Below, piece after piece: positions 26,651 through 39,800 of a DNA stretch of 64,000 bases; positions within the stretch are counted from its first letter, which is position 1; each line of letters opens with the position of its first letter. Made by a program: the position numbers and the translations under genes. The notes beneath the pieces were generated by a model, which was given only the letters and a program-made list of their open reading frames with translations, did no database searches and had not been told where the DNA came from. Source of the DNA: Botryllus schlosseri (taxonomy: Eukaryota); the NCBI GenBank assembly GCA_051294905.1, contig CM119378.1:19778001-19842000 (forward strand). Direction: 5' to 3'.

Positions 26651-27103
26651 TAGGCTTACCATATTTTGGAAATCTAAAAAGAGGACACTTTTTTCAGAAA
26701 ATTGAGACTTGCATAACTGGGGTAGAATTCTCAAAAACCTGTGAATTTTTCCCACCTTGTGACCGGTTGACTAAAAAAAAAAAAAAAAGGTCATCACTTC
26801 GCGCTCATAGCTCAAAATACCGTTTTTTTCTCCGCATTGCTAGGTGGATGACTAAAAAAAAAAAGGTCATCTTTCTGCTCGGAGCTCAATATAGCGTTTT
26901 TCGCTCCGAAATACCGTCCGGAGCGTCACTTCTGTACCAATTTACGGCATAGCACTCGCAATTTGCTCTAAATCTGACCTAAATTTTCAAAAAAAGAGGA
27001 CAAAATCTCAAAAACGAGGACAAAAGGCCGTCCTCCGAGGACACTTTCAAAAAAGTCAAAAAAGAGGACAAATCCTCTTAAAAGAGGACGTATGGTAAGC
27101 CTA
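26651..27103. mobile_element. hAT MITE (TAGGCTTACCATA family), nested
   Basis: Perfect TIRs TAGGCTTACCATA / TATGGTAAGCCTA; perfect TSD TCCAAGAC. Confidence 0.9.
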
Positions 27104-27627
27104 TCCAAGACCCCACAGTTGGATGGATGTTTTCACCAGTAGGCCTACTTGTGAATCCAACATTCATTCTACTCAGTAGGCAGAGAGTTTATGTAACCTA
27201 ATTGCACTGAGCGCTAAATTATCTATAATCCGTGACTGAATCGGTCAATAATATTGGTAATTGCATATATATTGCTATAAATTTTTTGTCCTCTCAGAAT
27301 TATCAGATTGTCCAGTAAAGCTGAGTCAGGTGTTGTCTTGGGAAATTTAGGGCATCTTATTAATAATGACAAATATTCGGGCGGGCCTGTTGGAATCATT
27401 CGCTACATGTTATTATTTCGTGACCGACTGTATGTTATATGGTGAATAGATATGGGAATCGTCCAGGCGTTCTAAATGAAAAGACGCAGACGATTCCAAA
27501 TTGCTATTTCTTCACCGGCAAATAGTTTTTCCCTGTGGTATGGTATTTGTCCTGTGGGGTACAGATTGCCAGGACGAGATTAGGCGCCAGTCATTTAGGA
27601 TTTTCGGAGTCCCATGTTAGCCTAAAC

Positions 27628-29913
27628 TAGGGTTACCATATTTTTGTGAAGCAAATTCCGGACACTCTTTAGCGTCCACTAGCGGATTTTAAAATTAGAT
27701 ATAACACATTGTCTGTCAATATGACGTCACACTAGCAAACATTGCCCATCGACTTGATACAGGAATGCGGTGGGACATAAACATAGGTCATGAATTGGGC
27801 CATCTATAATGTGATGGTGATTGATACTTGCTATGGTCTGCAATAGATTTTTCCATTGGCCGGATGGAATCGTCTGGCGGGCCGTGTCTGGCCTGTGGGG
27901 ATTGTGTCTGACAGCCCTGCTATACTGTTAGGTCGGGGCGTCTATCTGATTGTGTGTTTTTTTAATCAGGTCCGAAACAAAAATTTTTCTGCCCCCTTCC
28001 ACCTAAAAATAATGCACTCATCTTGGGCCCACCATAGGGTAATCGATGTAGCTTCTCGGGCAATACTATATGCAGCATTTGGCTGTTAAATATTTTAATT
28101 GAATTCTGTCTTGATTCTTCCATAAGGCTACTATGAAATGAACCAGCAGGTTGCACATCCGGTGATATCCAGCCTTTTATGGTCGCGACCTCAGTTCAAA
28201 CTTGAAAATGTTCCGTGGCCCAGCCGAAAACTTGATAAGCTGATTACTAAAAAATTCAGCTTGCTCAAACTTACTCCCGGTCTAGGAAGGTGATTAGGCC
28301 TCCGTCTAACCTCATCGCGATCCCCAGACAAAGGCAAACGACCCCAAGATTTGGAACCACTATCTATGAGTGCAGGGCCGTAACAGCACTTCGTCAGCCC
28401 CCCCCCAAAACTTTGGTCTTGGGCTCCCCATAGGGTTATAGACCTAACTTCTGGGGGGCTTCGCCCCCCAGACCCCCCCTCCGGCGATACACTGTTTACC
28501 ACTATTGATCATATTCATTGGGAGTATGTTTAGTGAATCAGCTTTTGCCGCCTGAGCGCGCGAAGCGCGGGAAATTTCTAGAATTCATGATTTCATCGGT
28601 CAGTATGATCGGGAATTGCATATATTGGTATCAATTTTATCTTCTCTCTGCTCACGTAACCAGATTTGCCGGTAGAGCTGATTGAGGTGTGTATGAAAAG
28701 GTAGGACCACTCAATAATAATTAAACATCTTCGGGCGTATACCCGTTGGCAGGAACGAAACAGCAAATCGTCAGGCCCCAAAAAACGTGGGTCTTGGGCT
28801 CTCATAGGGTGATAAAACGACCCCCCCCCCATCACGTTGTTCGCGTTTGTCACGAAATTATCTGTACTGCATTGTGAGCCAGCGCGAAGCGCGAAAATTT
28901 TCGATAATTTATGATAAAATCGGTCAATGAGATCGGCGATTGCATATATATTATGCTATCAATTTATTGTCCTCTCTACTCACGTAATTAGATTTACCGG
29001 TAGAGCTGAGTGAAGTGTCTTGAAAACGGGAGGGCCCGTAAATAATGATTAAACATCTTCGGGCGGGCGGACCCGTTGATATGACTTCGTTACATGATGT
29101 TATTTCGTGACTTCCAGTCTGCTATATCAAAAAATATAGAATCGCCCAAACGTAGGCTTCTAAACTAAGAGACGCACACGATTTCAAATTGGTATTTCTT
29201 CACTGGAATAAAATTTTTCCCAGCGGGATGGTATTTGTCTTGTGAGGTTCAGATTGCAAAGACAGGAACATTCGGTGCCAGTCATTTAGGCGCCTATGGA
29301 CAATTAAACCTATATGCATTTTGTATAGCCTATATAACGAAGTCTTCGGTCTGCATAAGGGCATAGACCTTTTCGGCCAAGCTTTTCTCGCTGCCGATCG
29401 TTCTGGCACACTTCTTGGAGTCGCATGTTATATGGCCTAAAACTTGATTGTATGTCATGGTTGGTCGTGGCGCGGTAATGGCCCAATACCCTACAATATA
29501 GAGAAACGACTACATGAAATCGCGCGCAGCGCGAAAAATTTTGAAAAAATTGCATAAATTTTTAAAAAATACACATATGATTTATGCTAATTCACGAAAT
29601 AATTTTGGGCCCCCTTCGAGCTCGCCCCCCCCCAATTGGGGGGTTTGGGGTGCGGCAGTTACGGTGCTGAATGAGTGAAGCATCCAATCGGCCTTAACCA
29701 ACTCTAGGAATATACCGTTAGCTTATAATTGCGATTACGATTAGACTTATTTCAGTAAATGATGGTTATTCATATTTATTTTTGATTGCGTTTTGGCGAG
29801 GGTGGTGCCTGGTGCTCATACTAATATCAATATACGTTACATTCCTCCCGGACGCGGATTTTCCAGTGAAATTCCGGACATGTTCGGGAAATTCCAGACG
29901 TATGGCAACCCTA
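27628..29913. mobile_element. Non-autonomous hAT-like element (2.3 kb), nested
   Basis: TIRs TAGGGTTACCATA / TATGGCAACCCTA; perfect TSD GCCTAAAC. Confidence 0.85.
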
Positions 29914-30489
29914 GCCTAAACATCATTATGTGTTGGCGCGTCGTGGCGTGGTAATGGCTCCCGCTGAAATGCCTATATTTATAAATCATGCGTATTTCTT
30001 GGGGGAAGGGCACCCTGTAATGAAGAAAATTTGTGACACTAAATCGCGCAAAAATATTTGAAAATAGTTGGATAAAGTTTCAAAAATTACTATATGATTT
30101 ATGTTCATCCACAAAATAATTTTGGGTACCCTTCAAGCTCGGCCCGGCTCCAATTGGGGAGTTTGGGGCTCGGCAGTTACTGTCCCACATAAAATGAAGT
30201 AACCGAAAACGAATGATCACGCAAACTGCACGATTTGGTGAGTCAGCTGGTAGGCTAGTTGGTGGCTTGCATGTCGTCAAATGACACGACTTGAACGTCA
30301 AGTCAAATCGAGCCTGTTTTCAGATCTAATTTGACCTAAATCAGTTTAAAATTTGATGTTTTATTTATTTTAGCAATCAATAAGCCTTCAGCATATTTCA
30401 TCTTGAAATTAGGGTATAAAATTGGAATACACCTGGCGGACCGGCAGGAAAGTCGTCGCGGACCGGCGGTTGTGAACCACTGACCTAGA

Positions 30490-30596
30490 TGCATGTTTTT
30501 GAAATTCTCCATTTGCTGACGATTGCCCTTGAAGAGTGTTAGCTCGAAAAGCTTCGGGTTTTAATATATTTCTGCAATGAATATATTATTAAAATG
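30490..30596 (+). pseudogene. I-group LINE RT relic, part 1 (FADD motif), left of the giant insertion
   Basis: TTT GCT GAC GAT TGC (FADDC) at 30512-30526; colinear with the KYLG region beyond 44472. Confidence 0.55.
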
Positions 30597-33500
30597 AGTA
30601 GTATATAAATGGGCGATTTGCGCGCATGCAAGGATTATAATAAACAAACAAAGATTATCAATATAATAATTAATGAAAGAATTAGCTAATTCTCAATTTT
30701 GCAGCAATACTTTTATGACCCTGTGTGCGGCAATAAAAAAAGGGGGAATAATTAACGATAGAGAGAAAACGAACAACGAATCTGGATTGACCTTTGTACA
30801 CAGAAATGAGACTTGAGTCATTCTACTTGTACTTATTGACCTTTGTACTCAGACATGAGACTGGAGTACTTCTACTTGTACTTTTCCACTCCTGATTCTA
30901 CCTCGCCTCTGGACACGAGACTTGTGTATTTTCGTACACGACAGGGCTTGATAATAGTTGCCTGCCCAGACCTGTTGTTCCGTGGTACAATTTCGTGACG
31001 AGGCTTGGGGACAATAGTCCGTCATAGCACCCTGGTTGACTTGTCGTTCCGCGGTTGATTCAATATCGTGTACGGTGGGTCATAGGAATAATTGCCGGTC
31101 GTGACGTCAGTATAGTTTTCTCCTAATCCGTGAGATCCTGGTGCGTGTTTTAGATGTCAATAGGCTCGGCTGTACAAAGTGACGCTTGTCTGTCTCATAC
31201 TGTCGTACTTGACCCCTTTGATTTGTTGTCGACACAGAGAGTAACGAGAAATGTTCTGTTATGGTTATAAATATGCGTGTCATATCGAGAACAACAAGGA
31301 ATGCCGTGTAGTGGAAATGTGTATTAGGCGCCCCAGCATAGATTAACTTAAATAAAGTAACATTATGAGTAAAAAAATAAGTAATTGAAGAAATAGCTGA
31401 TTCTCAATTTAGCTCACATCAACGTGTTAACTTCCGATTTTACGTACCTAATAATTGGTGTAATTGCTGTTCCACACCTTTACCGCGTTCTAGCGTCTTC
31501 ATATAGGACATAGACAGTCCAAACCAAACAATGTATTTATGATGGGTTCTTTTTACTGCTACACGTCTGGTCAAGCGTAATCATGACGGTGTCTGTACAT
31601 GATATACAATTTACCGCGTTGCTTTACCCGTTTGTACGATATATATCGATCGCGAGCTCTCCACGCACGACGCACTTGTCGTTCGAGAGCGACTCATTTC
31701 GCTGCAGACAATCAGCTGTGTACCGTAACATATCCTCAGCACTTGTTATGCCAACACCTCCACGCATATTTACAATATCATACTAAGGAACTATTGCTTC
31801 GGCAGCCACGCACTGTCGTTCGAATTCGACTCATTGCGCTGCAGACAATCAGTTGTGCTCGTGTGTGTCGTAACATATCCTCAACACGTGTTATGCCAAT
31901 ACCTCCAAGCATATTTGCGGCATCATACTACGGATATATTGAACCGGCGAAGTGTTACCGTCAGAGAATTGCTGCGCCACACCTTCGAGTCTCGCATTTC
32001 CCGTTCGAACTCGGTAACTGCGAGTACGATGTCAGATTCAATTGTCCAGTGACGAATCGGGGTAGCTCGCTTCATCGGGGTGGGCTGACCTTATTTAGCT
32101 GAAACGCGCTCGGTGGTGCAATAATGGGAATGAATTGTGACAGATCATATGTGATGCGATCTATAGCCTGCTTTTGGTGAGGTGTAAAGATGAGTGGGAG
32201 ATTTCGAAATTGGAATCCACTGCGACTATAGGATTGCGAAATCAAAGTCCAAAAAATCCGACTGACCCGTAAGATCCTGGTTTCTCCATATATTAGGCTG
32301 GGTAAAATGTGGCATAAATCCGACTCTCAAAGACACTTGGCCGCATCCAGTCCGGGTTTAACCAAAACTGATGAAATCTGCACCGGGTCCGGAAACGAAT
32401 CGTGACCACCCCCGTCCAGACAAAATAGTTCTGCTGTAAGGGGAGTGTCGTTGTACATTAATTTGCGTACAACGAGACTTTGTATCGACTCATTGACGGA
32501 CTTCTGTTTGTATCGCGTTTGGTTTAGAATCCCAATTCTATATAGTGCGGCCCGCGAATGGATTCAAATGTTGAATGCGGCCCGCGAGCTTAAAAGTTTG
32601 CCCACCCCTGATGTATATTGTACCACTTGAATCGATCTGTTGGCGAACTAATGCTTTGCCCGTCTGTAACATACACATATCGATCACGAGCTCACCACGC
32701 ACTTGCCGTTCGAGAGCGACTGATTTCGCTATAGACAATCAGTTCAGTGTTGCCAATTTAGCGATTTTCGCGCTAGATCTAGCGATTTTTCATCCGGTTT
32801 AGCGCTAAAAAATATGGATCTAGCACCCAGCGATAAATCTAGCGATTTTTGAAAAGGTATTTAGCGATTATTTAGCGTTTTTTACCGAAAATAACTAATA
32901 AAGATCGGTTCTGGCCGACGACTATGGCGACTCATCTGCCACCAGAGTGCGGACTCCAATGATATGTAATGAAATTAATGATGGATTACTAACGTACGGA
33001 TAGATACGCAACTCCTGGCGGTTACGCATGGGCAAACAGTGTCTCTTCTTGCTGTGTAATCTAAAAGTAGCATAATTGACAGTGCTACATCTGGCGACCT
33101 GAGCGCTGCAATTTAATATGATTGGTCTTGATCGAAAGCTAGTGTCGCAGTGATTTCGAAGATACAAAATAAAATCTCGTCAGGACAATGGAACCATGCA
33201 CCCCGAAACAGCCCTCGAAGTCTGAAAACCAGCATTGCTTCAATAATGGCACCGCCGCAACACAATGGACATAACAATGATCAATCTCGTCCAGCGATTG
33301 TTCTGATCAATGTCGATTTTCAGACTCTTGGGGCTACTTTGAGGTCGTTGCATTGTCTTTACAAGAATTTAATTCGTATTGGCGGAATCAGTGTGACACT
33401 GGCGTTTAAGACCAGATTCATTAAATTTCTTACTCCGGGTTGGTCCTCTACTTTTAGTGGCTGGCAAACCAGGTTCGATAAGTCGTGTTGTATCGGGTCA

Positions 33501-36500
33501 AGTCGCATGTTGCGTACAAGTGTGTCAAGTCGCATGTCGTGTTCAAGTATGCCAACTCAGTTTCGAGAAGTCAAGCGCATTTCCACGGTACATCGCATCA
33601 CTATTCACGGACGCATGGAGCAAGGCACGCTTATAGAGTGAGCGGTTATGCCTGCAAACCTGGTCAGTGGTCACGTATAGCGATCATTGCGCAAAGCGAT
33701 CCGCTCTACCGAAACGCACTGCACGTTTTGTTCCGCTTAGAGATAAATATCACGTATTATGAACTAGAAATATGATAAGGGACTTTGGCCCCCAGGCGAG
33801 TAAAATATAGCTGAGAAGAGTGTATTGATATTATGGTTCAATTTAACACCTTCAGCAATTAATGTAGATCTAGCGCTATTTTTTAGCGCTTTTTTCTCAA
33901 TATTTAGCAACATCAAGCGATTTTTGACACCAGTTCTAGCGATTTTCTTCCATCCGGAGTTGGCAACACTGAATCAGTTGTGTTCGCGTGTACCGTAACG
34001 TATCCTCAACACTTGTTACGCCAACACCAATATCATACTAAGGAACTATTGCTTCGGCAGCCACGCACTGTCGTTCGAATTCGACTAATTTCGCTGCTGA
34101 CAAAATATCCTCAACAAATGTTATGTCATATTTGCAGCATCATACTATGGACGTATTGACTCGGCGGAGTGTTACCGTGAGAGAAATGCTGTTTGACCCC
34201 CTCGTCCTAGCCTTGGATTTAGCGTCTCGAAAAATTCCACCAGAAGAAGCTGTGATCGAGTGTCACAATCAATGTCAGCCACGCTCCATCAATCTGATGT
34301 TTTGACAAAACCAGTACGTATACGCCGGAGATGAGCATTGATTAGGATTTAGGAAAAACGTATTTGTGAAATTTTTCTGGATTAGGTTGAATTAAGTTTT
34401 GAGATTGATCTACTATATCGTACGGGCAACTACTACCGAGACCCGTCGTGACGAAATCGGATCAATCAGTCATGGAACGACAAGTTAGGGCTAACCGCTT
34501 ATATTCCTAGTTTATTCTTGAAAGCTCTATAGATTACTGGTTAGCTGTATGTTGTGGGCGATTGACAACAGTTAGTTGTCGCTGTTATACAATTTACACT
34601 TTGTGTTATACATTCCTCGTTACCACCGCGAACTAGGAGGTCAATCACGACGACGGGCAACTACTCCCAATTGGCAGAATACTGTTTGATTCATCTGTAT
34701 AATCAGGTTTAGCACCACAAGAAGTATATTAGTAGTTTATGATTGAATGAAATCTATCCATCAAACAACGATAACAACTATATAGATCTCGTTCGTATTA
34801 CTATGAAAGCTAATCGATCACGTCCACACAATATTATTACGTAGCATTCATTTGGTAGGGTTGTTGTTGTTAGTATTGTAACATGGTGATCGGCTACTAT
34901 GACCTTTACACCAGTTCTAAAAGGGTAAGGAATTGGTTAGTGTTACAGCTGTCTGACGGTGGGGTATTCGACAAAATTACTATGTTTTACTACGGAAGCT
35001 ATGATCACACGGACGGGCTCTCATCACTTATCGTACGAATGCCTGTATCCTCGGTGTGATGCACACGAATCAGCTGTGATCAGTCGAGTGTGACACGATC
35101 GAAGTCACTATTTACTGTTTGAAATAACTCATATATTCCGTTCAAGAAATGTCCCTCATTTGTCCAAATATCCTCCTTTTTGTCAAATTGTCTTCCTTTT
35201 TTTTATCTTAAAATATCTAAAAAGACTACGAATGACACTAAATGATGACCTAGTTTACGAGAGATGGGTATTTCGGGAGTCAGGGGACAAAATGAGCTTT
35301 TTTAGTCAACACCATGAAATTTGATGTATATACATACAAATCATTCGTCCGCTATAGTAACTTTTTGCAGCTCGTGAAAAGTATCCTCCTTTGGGGGCTT
35401 ATGTTAACCCTATATTTTACCAGCTTTTAGTCTCGGACTTGAACATCGAAGTTTGCACATAATTTCACATTACATTCCCTATGACAAGCATAGGCTATTA
35501 CGGTTATGGGACCTGTGCTCTCAAACATGTATTGATGAATAGCGAAAGCGACCACAAGCTATCATCACATGAAAAACAAACGAGCTCACTAGCCGGTCCC
35601 TGTTGGGATGTACACACCAATGGCCATGTCCATGATCTGAAGTTTGCACATAATTTCACATTGCATTCCCATGACTTGGCACAGACTATTTCGTGGGTAT
35701 GGGGGCTGTGCTTTTCAAACATGTATTGATGAATACCGAAAGCGACTCAAGCTACCATTACACGAAAAATCGAGCACACTCGTTCCTCCCTGTCGGGGTA
35801 TACCCACCTTCGTTTGCGTACAGACAAATGTTTCCATGTTGCAGCGAGAATAGCGGGGAGGGTGGTAGATCATTATCACAATAAGTACCTTGGGATGAGA
35901 GTGAAATCGACATCGTCCGTTAAGCGACTGAAGCAAGTCGCCACTACAATCGCTCTCTGCGTAGTGCGTAAACGCAACGTACAAAGCGCTGCTGGGTATA
36001 CGAAACTACGGATTCTAGCCAAAGCGAGGTTATCGAGATAGCTGTAGCGATTCACAGCACATGCTAAATCTCGTTGAAATGGGAGTACAAAATGTATCGC
36101 TTTGAAATACTCAAGTAGAAGTAGTTGTTAAAGAGTAATTCGCACCGTAAAATTGCAACTGTTTTGGAGTGCTAATGTCACACAATTGCTATATTGATCA
36201 CTCGCTTATGTGTAGAAAGCAGAAATTGACCCCTGCGTTGTACGATCTCGTGGCCTTGACAAACGTTCTATAGTTCAAAAGTCACTGTCATGTTGGGCTT
36301 TGATTGCTGTTGTACTCTTGTTAGCGTCGATATTCATTGGTACGTGTTTTCATGGTCTAAAATGTTGGTTATTATAGAGTGTTTTCGTAAAAGGTTGGGA
36401 GCCACTGATTTAGGCCTTGATGGGTTCAACCAAATACACGTGTAACACATCCTATTCCTGGGCCGTAACCGAACCTTTACCACACCTTCTATACGATAAA

Positions 36501-36855
36501 CGTCCTTTTTACCCAGAGGTAAGCCGACGACATACGGGAAATGCAGGCGCTGACGTGCTCTTTTGTTATTCTCTCCGCGTAGCATGAAAGAAGGTATTGA
36601 GGTACCCGCCCAAGGTCACTGCGAGCGTAAGTTAAGTCAATCTCTGTATATGTAGTGTTAATGTCGCACCGTCGCAATAATGATCACTTATGTGTAGAAA
36701 ACAGAAATTGACGACTCGATTACTTGTACGAGCTTGTAGCTTTGGTAAGCTTGCTGAAGCGGAAAGCCACTCAAGTTGGACATTAAATTGATTGGTGTTC
36801 GTTCTCTTGTTAGCGTTGATAGTCGTTGGTACGTGCTTTCGTGCTTTAAAATTTA
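30597..36855 (+). repeat. Left inverted arm (6,259 bp)
   Basis: Reverse complement of 38507-44471; mirror coordinates sum to 75068 (outer part) and 75362 (inner part). Confidence 0.96.
32745..33971. mobile_element. Non-autonomous hAT element nested in the left arm
   Basis: TIRs CAGTGTTGCCAA / TTGGCAACACTG; perfect TSD AATCAGTT; TAGCG subterminal repeats. Confidence 0.9.
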
Positions 36856-39800
36856 TGTTATTGTTATCATCGAAGGATGGTCATAAATAGGCAGGAACAA
36901 CTGATTTAGACCTTGATGTGCTCAACAAAATACGCGTGTAACAGTGTAACACATCCTACTCCGGGCCGAAACCGATCTTTTACCACACCTTCTATATGGT
37001 AAACGTAGCTTTTACTCATACGTAGCACGATGATCTGTGAAGACGCAGCACTAACGTGCCATTTCGTTATTATTTCGACGTCACATGACAGGGTAGGTAG
37101 ACATTGGGCTGTGGTACCCGACAATACAGTGTTCAACGCGATCGATAAGTACCCCCACTGCGTGCTATACGTTTAAATAAATATTTTTACTCATTTCCGC
37201 CGCCTAGTGTGTAGTAATGAAGAGGGTACATAAATGAAGTAGTAATATAAACTAGACTGTACAACTGACTATGATTCCCGATAATACGAATTAATGATGA
37301 TTTGGAAATGAGCTAAGAAGTATTAGACATAGAATCGGTATTTCGAAAGGATAGGTCTTTGAATTTGAAGTGGTTGAAACCCTTCCTAAGCCACTGTTAG
37401 TATCGCTGAATGTGAGCTAACAACGGCCGCAAGCACATCACATAACAGAACATCGGTATCACGATTTACGACACATGTTTTATTCTACAGTTCGAGTTCC
37501 ACAGTGAAATCAGTTCTAGAATGCGCAACTAGAATTCGAACAACTGACTTTTTTAACTCCGCAACTATAACTACATAAAACCGCAGATGGCTGACCGTCA
37601 ACCAATTAGTTAGATAATTCGTACAAGTCCGCGAGCTATCGTTACCACCAGGCTCGGTTATGATTTATTTTGGTACCCGATGATTTTATTGCTTTGATGT
37701 GGAAATTTGTCATGTATTATTTGATGAGTGTAAAACTTCAAATAGATGTCCGCAGTTCGTACTACTAGCCAAGGAGCAGCGTTCCAAATGTGTTTAACAC
37801 ACAAGAAACGTCAATAATTGCTTTACTATTTGAAACTAAGCCGAGTGGAGGGTATTATTCTCCCCTATGCGAAGTAGTGTGTCTGCGATTTGTTGATAAC
37901 TCGCACACTGTGGGGGTTACGAGTGATAACTTTTGTAAAAAGACATATTAGCATACAGCAGGGGTCCTCACGTATCACGGTCAACACTGCATAGTATCAA
38001 TTCTTATTAGGATCGCATTCAATACTGCATTGTATCAATGCCTATACCCAGTGAAATATGACGGAGTAGAGATAACAAATTAGCACCTTGGTGATTACGT
38101 TTCGACTACTTGTGGGATTTTTCTGTAACCGTAATTATAGTCGGATGATTCAGCAGTAATCGTAATCGCAATCGATTCAATTGATGAAATAATCATCCCC
38201 ATGCCCACTAACACACATTACAAAGCAAATTAACACACATTTAGGCTTGTGTAAGTTATTGTCTGATACCGATGTGTTACAATGTGTAACCGATTTTATA
38301 GTCACATGACATCAAGACATCATATCTAATTCATTAGTTAAGTTGAGTATGTCTTATGGTAATTTATCAACCCAATTTTTTGAAGTTTATTCTATTTCGC
38401 TAGGACCTAAATCTCCTCTTTTCATTACCGCACAGCGGGATACCCGGAAGTATTGCTTGCAAAAGTGTGAATCAGCTGTTTCTTTATTTATCTTTAAAAT
38501 TCGTTGTAAATTTTAAAGCAAGAAAGCACGTACCAACGACTATCAACGCTAACAAGAGAACGAACACCAATCAATTTAATGTCCAACTTGAGTGGCTTTC
38601 CGCTTCAGCAAGCTTACCAAAGCTACAAGCTCGTAGAAGTAATCGAGTCGTCAATTTCTGTTTTCTACACATAAGTGATCATTATTGCGACGGTGCGACA
38701 TTAACACTACATATACAGAGATTGACTTAACTCACGCTCGCAGTGACCTTGGGCGGGTACCTCAATACCTTCTTTCATGCTACGCGGAGAGAATAACAAA
38801 AGAGCACGTCAGCGCCTGCATTTCCCGTATGTCGTCGGCTTACCTCTGGGTAAAAAGGACGTTTATCGTATAGAAGGTGTGGTAAAGGTTCGGTTACGGC
38901 CCAGGAATAGGATGTGTTACACGTGTATTTGGTTGAACCCATCAAGGCCTAAATCAGTGGCTCCCAACCTTTTACGAAAACACTCTATAATAACCAACAT
39001 TTTAGACCATGAAAACACGTACCAATGAATATCGACGCTAACAAGAGTACAACAGCAATCAAAGCCCAACATGACAGTGACTTTTGAACTATAGAACGTT
39101 TGTCAAGGCCACGAGATCGTACAACGCAGGGGTCAATTTCTGCTTTCTACACATAAGCGAGTGATCAATATAGCAATTGTGTGACATTAGCACTCCAAAA
39201 CAGTTGCAATTTTACGGTGCGAATTACTCTTTAACAACTACTTCTACTTGAGTATTTCAAAGCGATACATTTTGTACTCCCATTTCAACGAGATTTAGCA
39301 TGTGCTGTGAATCGCTACAGCTATCTCGATAACCTCGCTTTGGCTAGAATCCGTAGTTTCGTATACCCAGCAGCGCTTTGTACGTTGCGTTTACGCACTA
39401 CGCAGAGAGCGATTGTAGTGGCGACTTGCTTCAGTCGCTTAACGGACGATGTCGATTTCACTCTCATCCCAAGGTACTTATTGTGATAATGATCTACCAC
39501 CCTCCCCGCTATTCTCGCTGCAACATGGAAACATTTGTCTGTACGCAAACGAAGGTGGGTATACCCCGACAGGGAGGAACGAGTGTGCTCGATTTTTCGT
39601 GTAATGGTAGCTTGAGTCGCTTTCGGTATTCATCAATACATGTTTGAAAAGCACAGCCCCCATACCCACGAAATAGTCTGTGCCAAGTCATGGGAATGCA
39701 ATGTGAAATTATGTGCAAACTTCAGATCATGGACATGGCCATTGGTGTGTACATCCCAACAGGGACCGGCTAGTGAGCTCGTTTGTTTTTCATGTGATGA

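Larger units (their letters stand above)
25721..30482 (-). mobile_element. Expanded copy of the 51900-53289 Charlie-like family carrying several nested insertions
   Basis: Ends CAGTGGTTCTCAACC / GGTTGTGAACCACTG; interior blocks at 26010-26170 and 27605-30000 match the reverse complement of 52430-53000; no TSD found. Confidence 0.6.

Noticed and set aside
38777-39028. Protein-primed PolB relic (FPYV..LPLG...IEGVVK)
   Set aside because: Only a faint resemblance to the SLYP...G.VKC region; no catalytic motifs, and a tandem duplicate would be odd. Needs a profile search.
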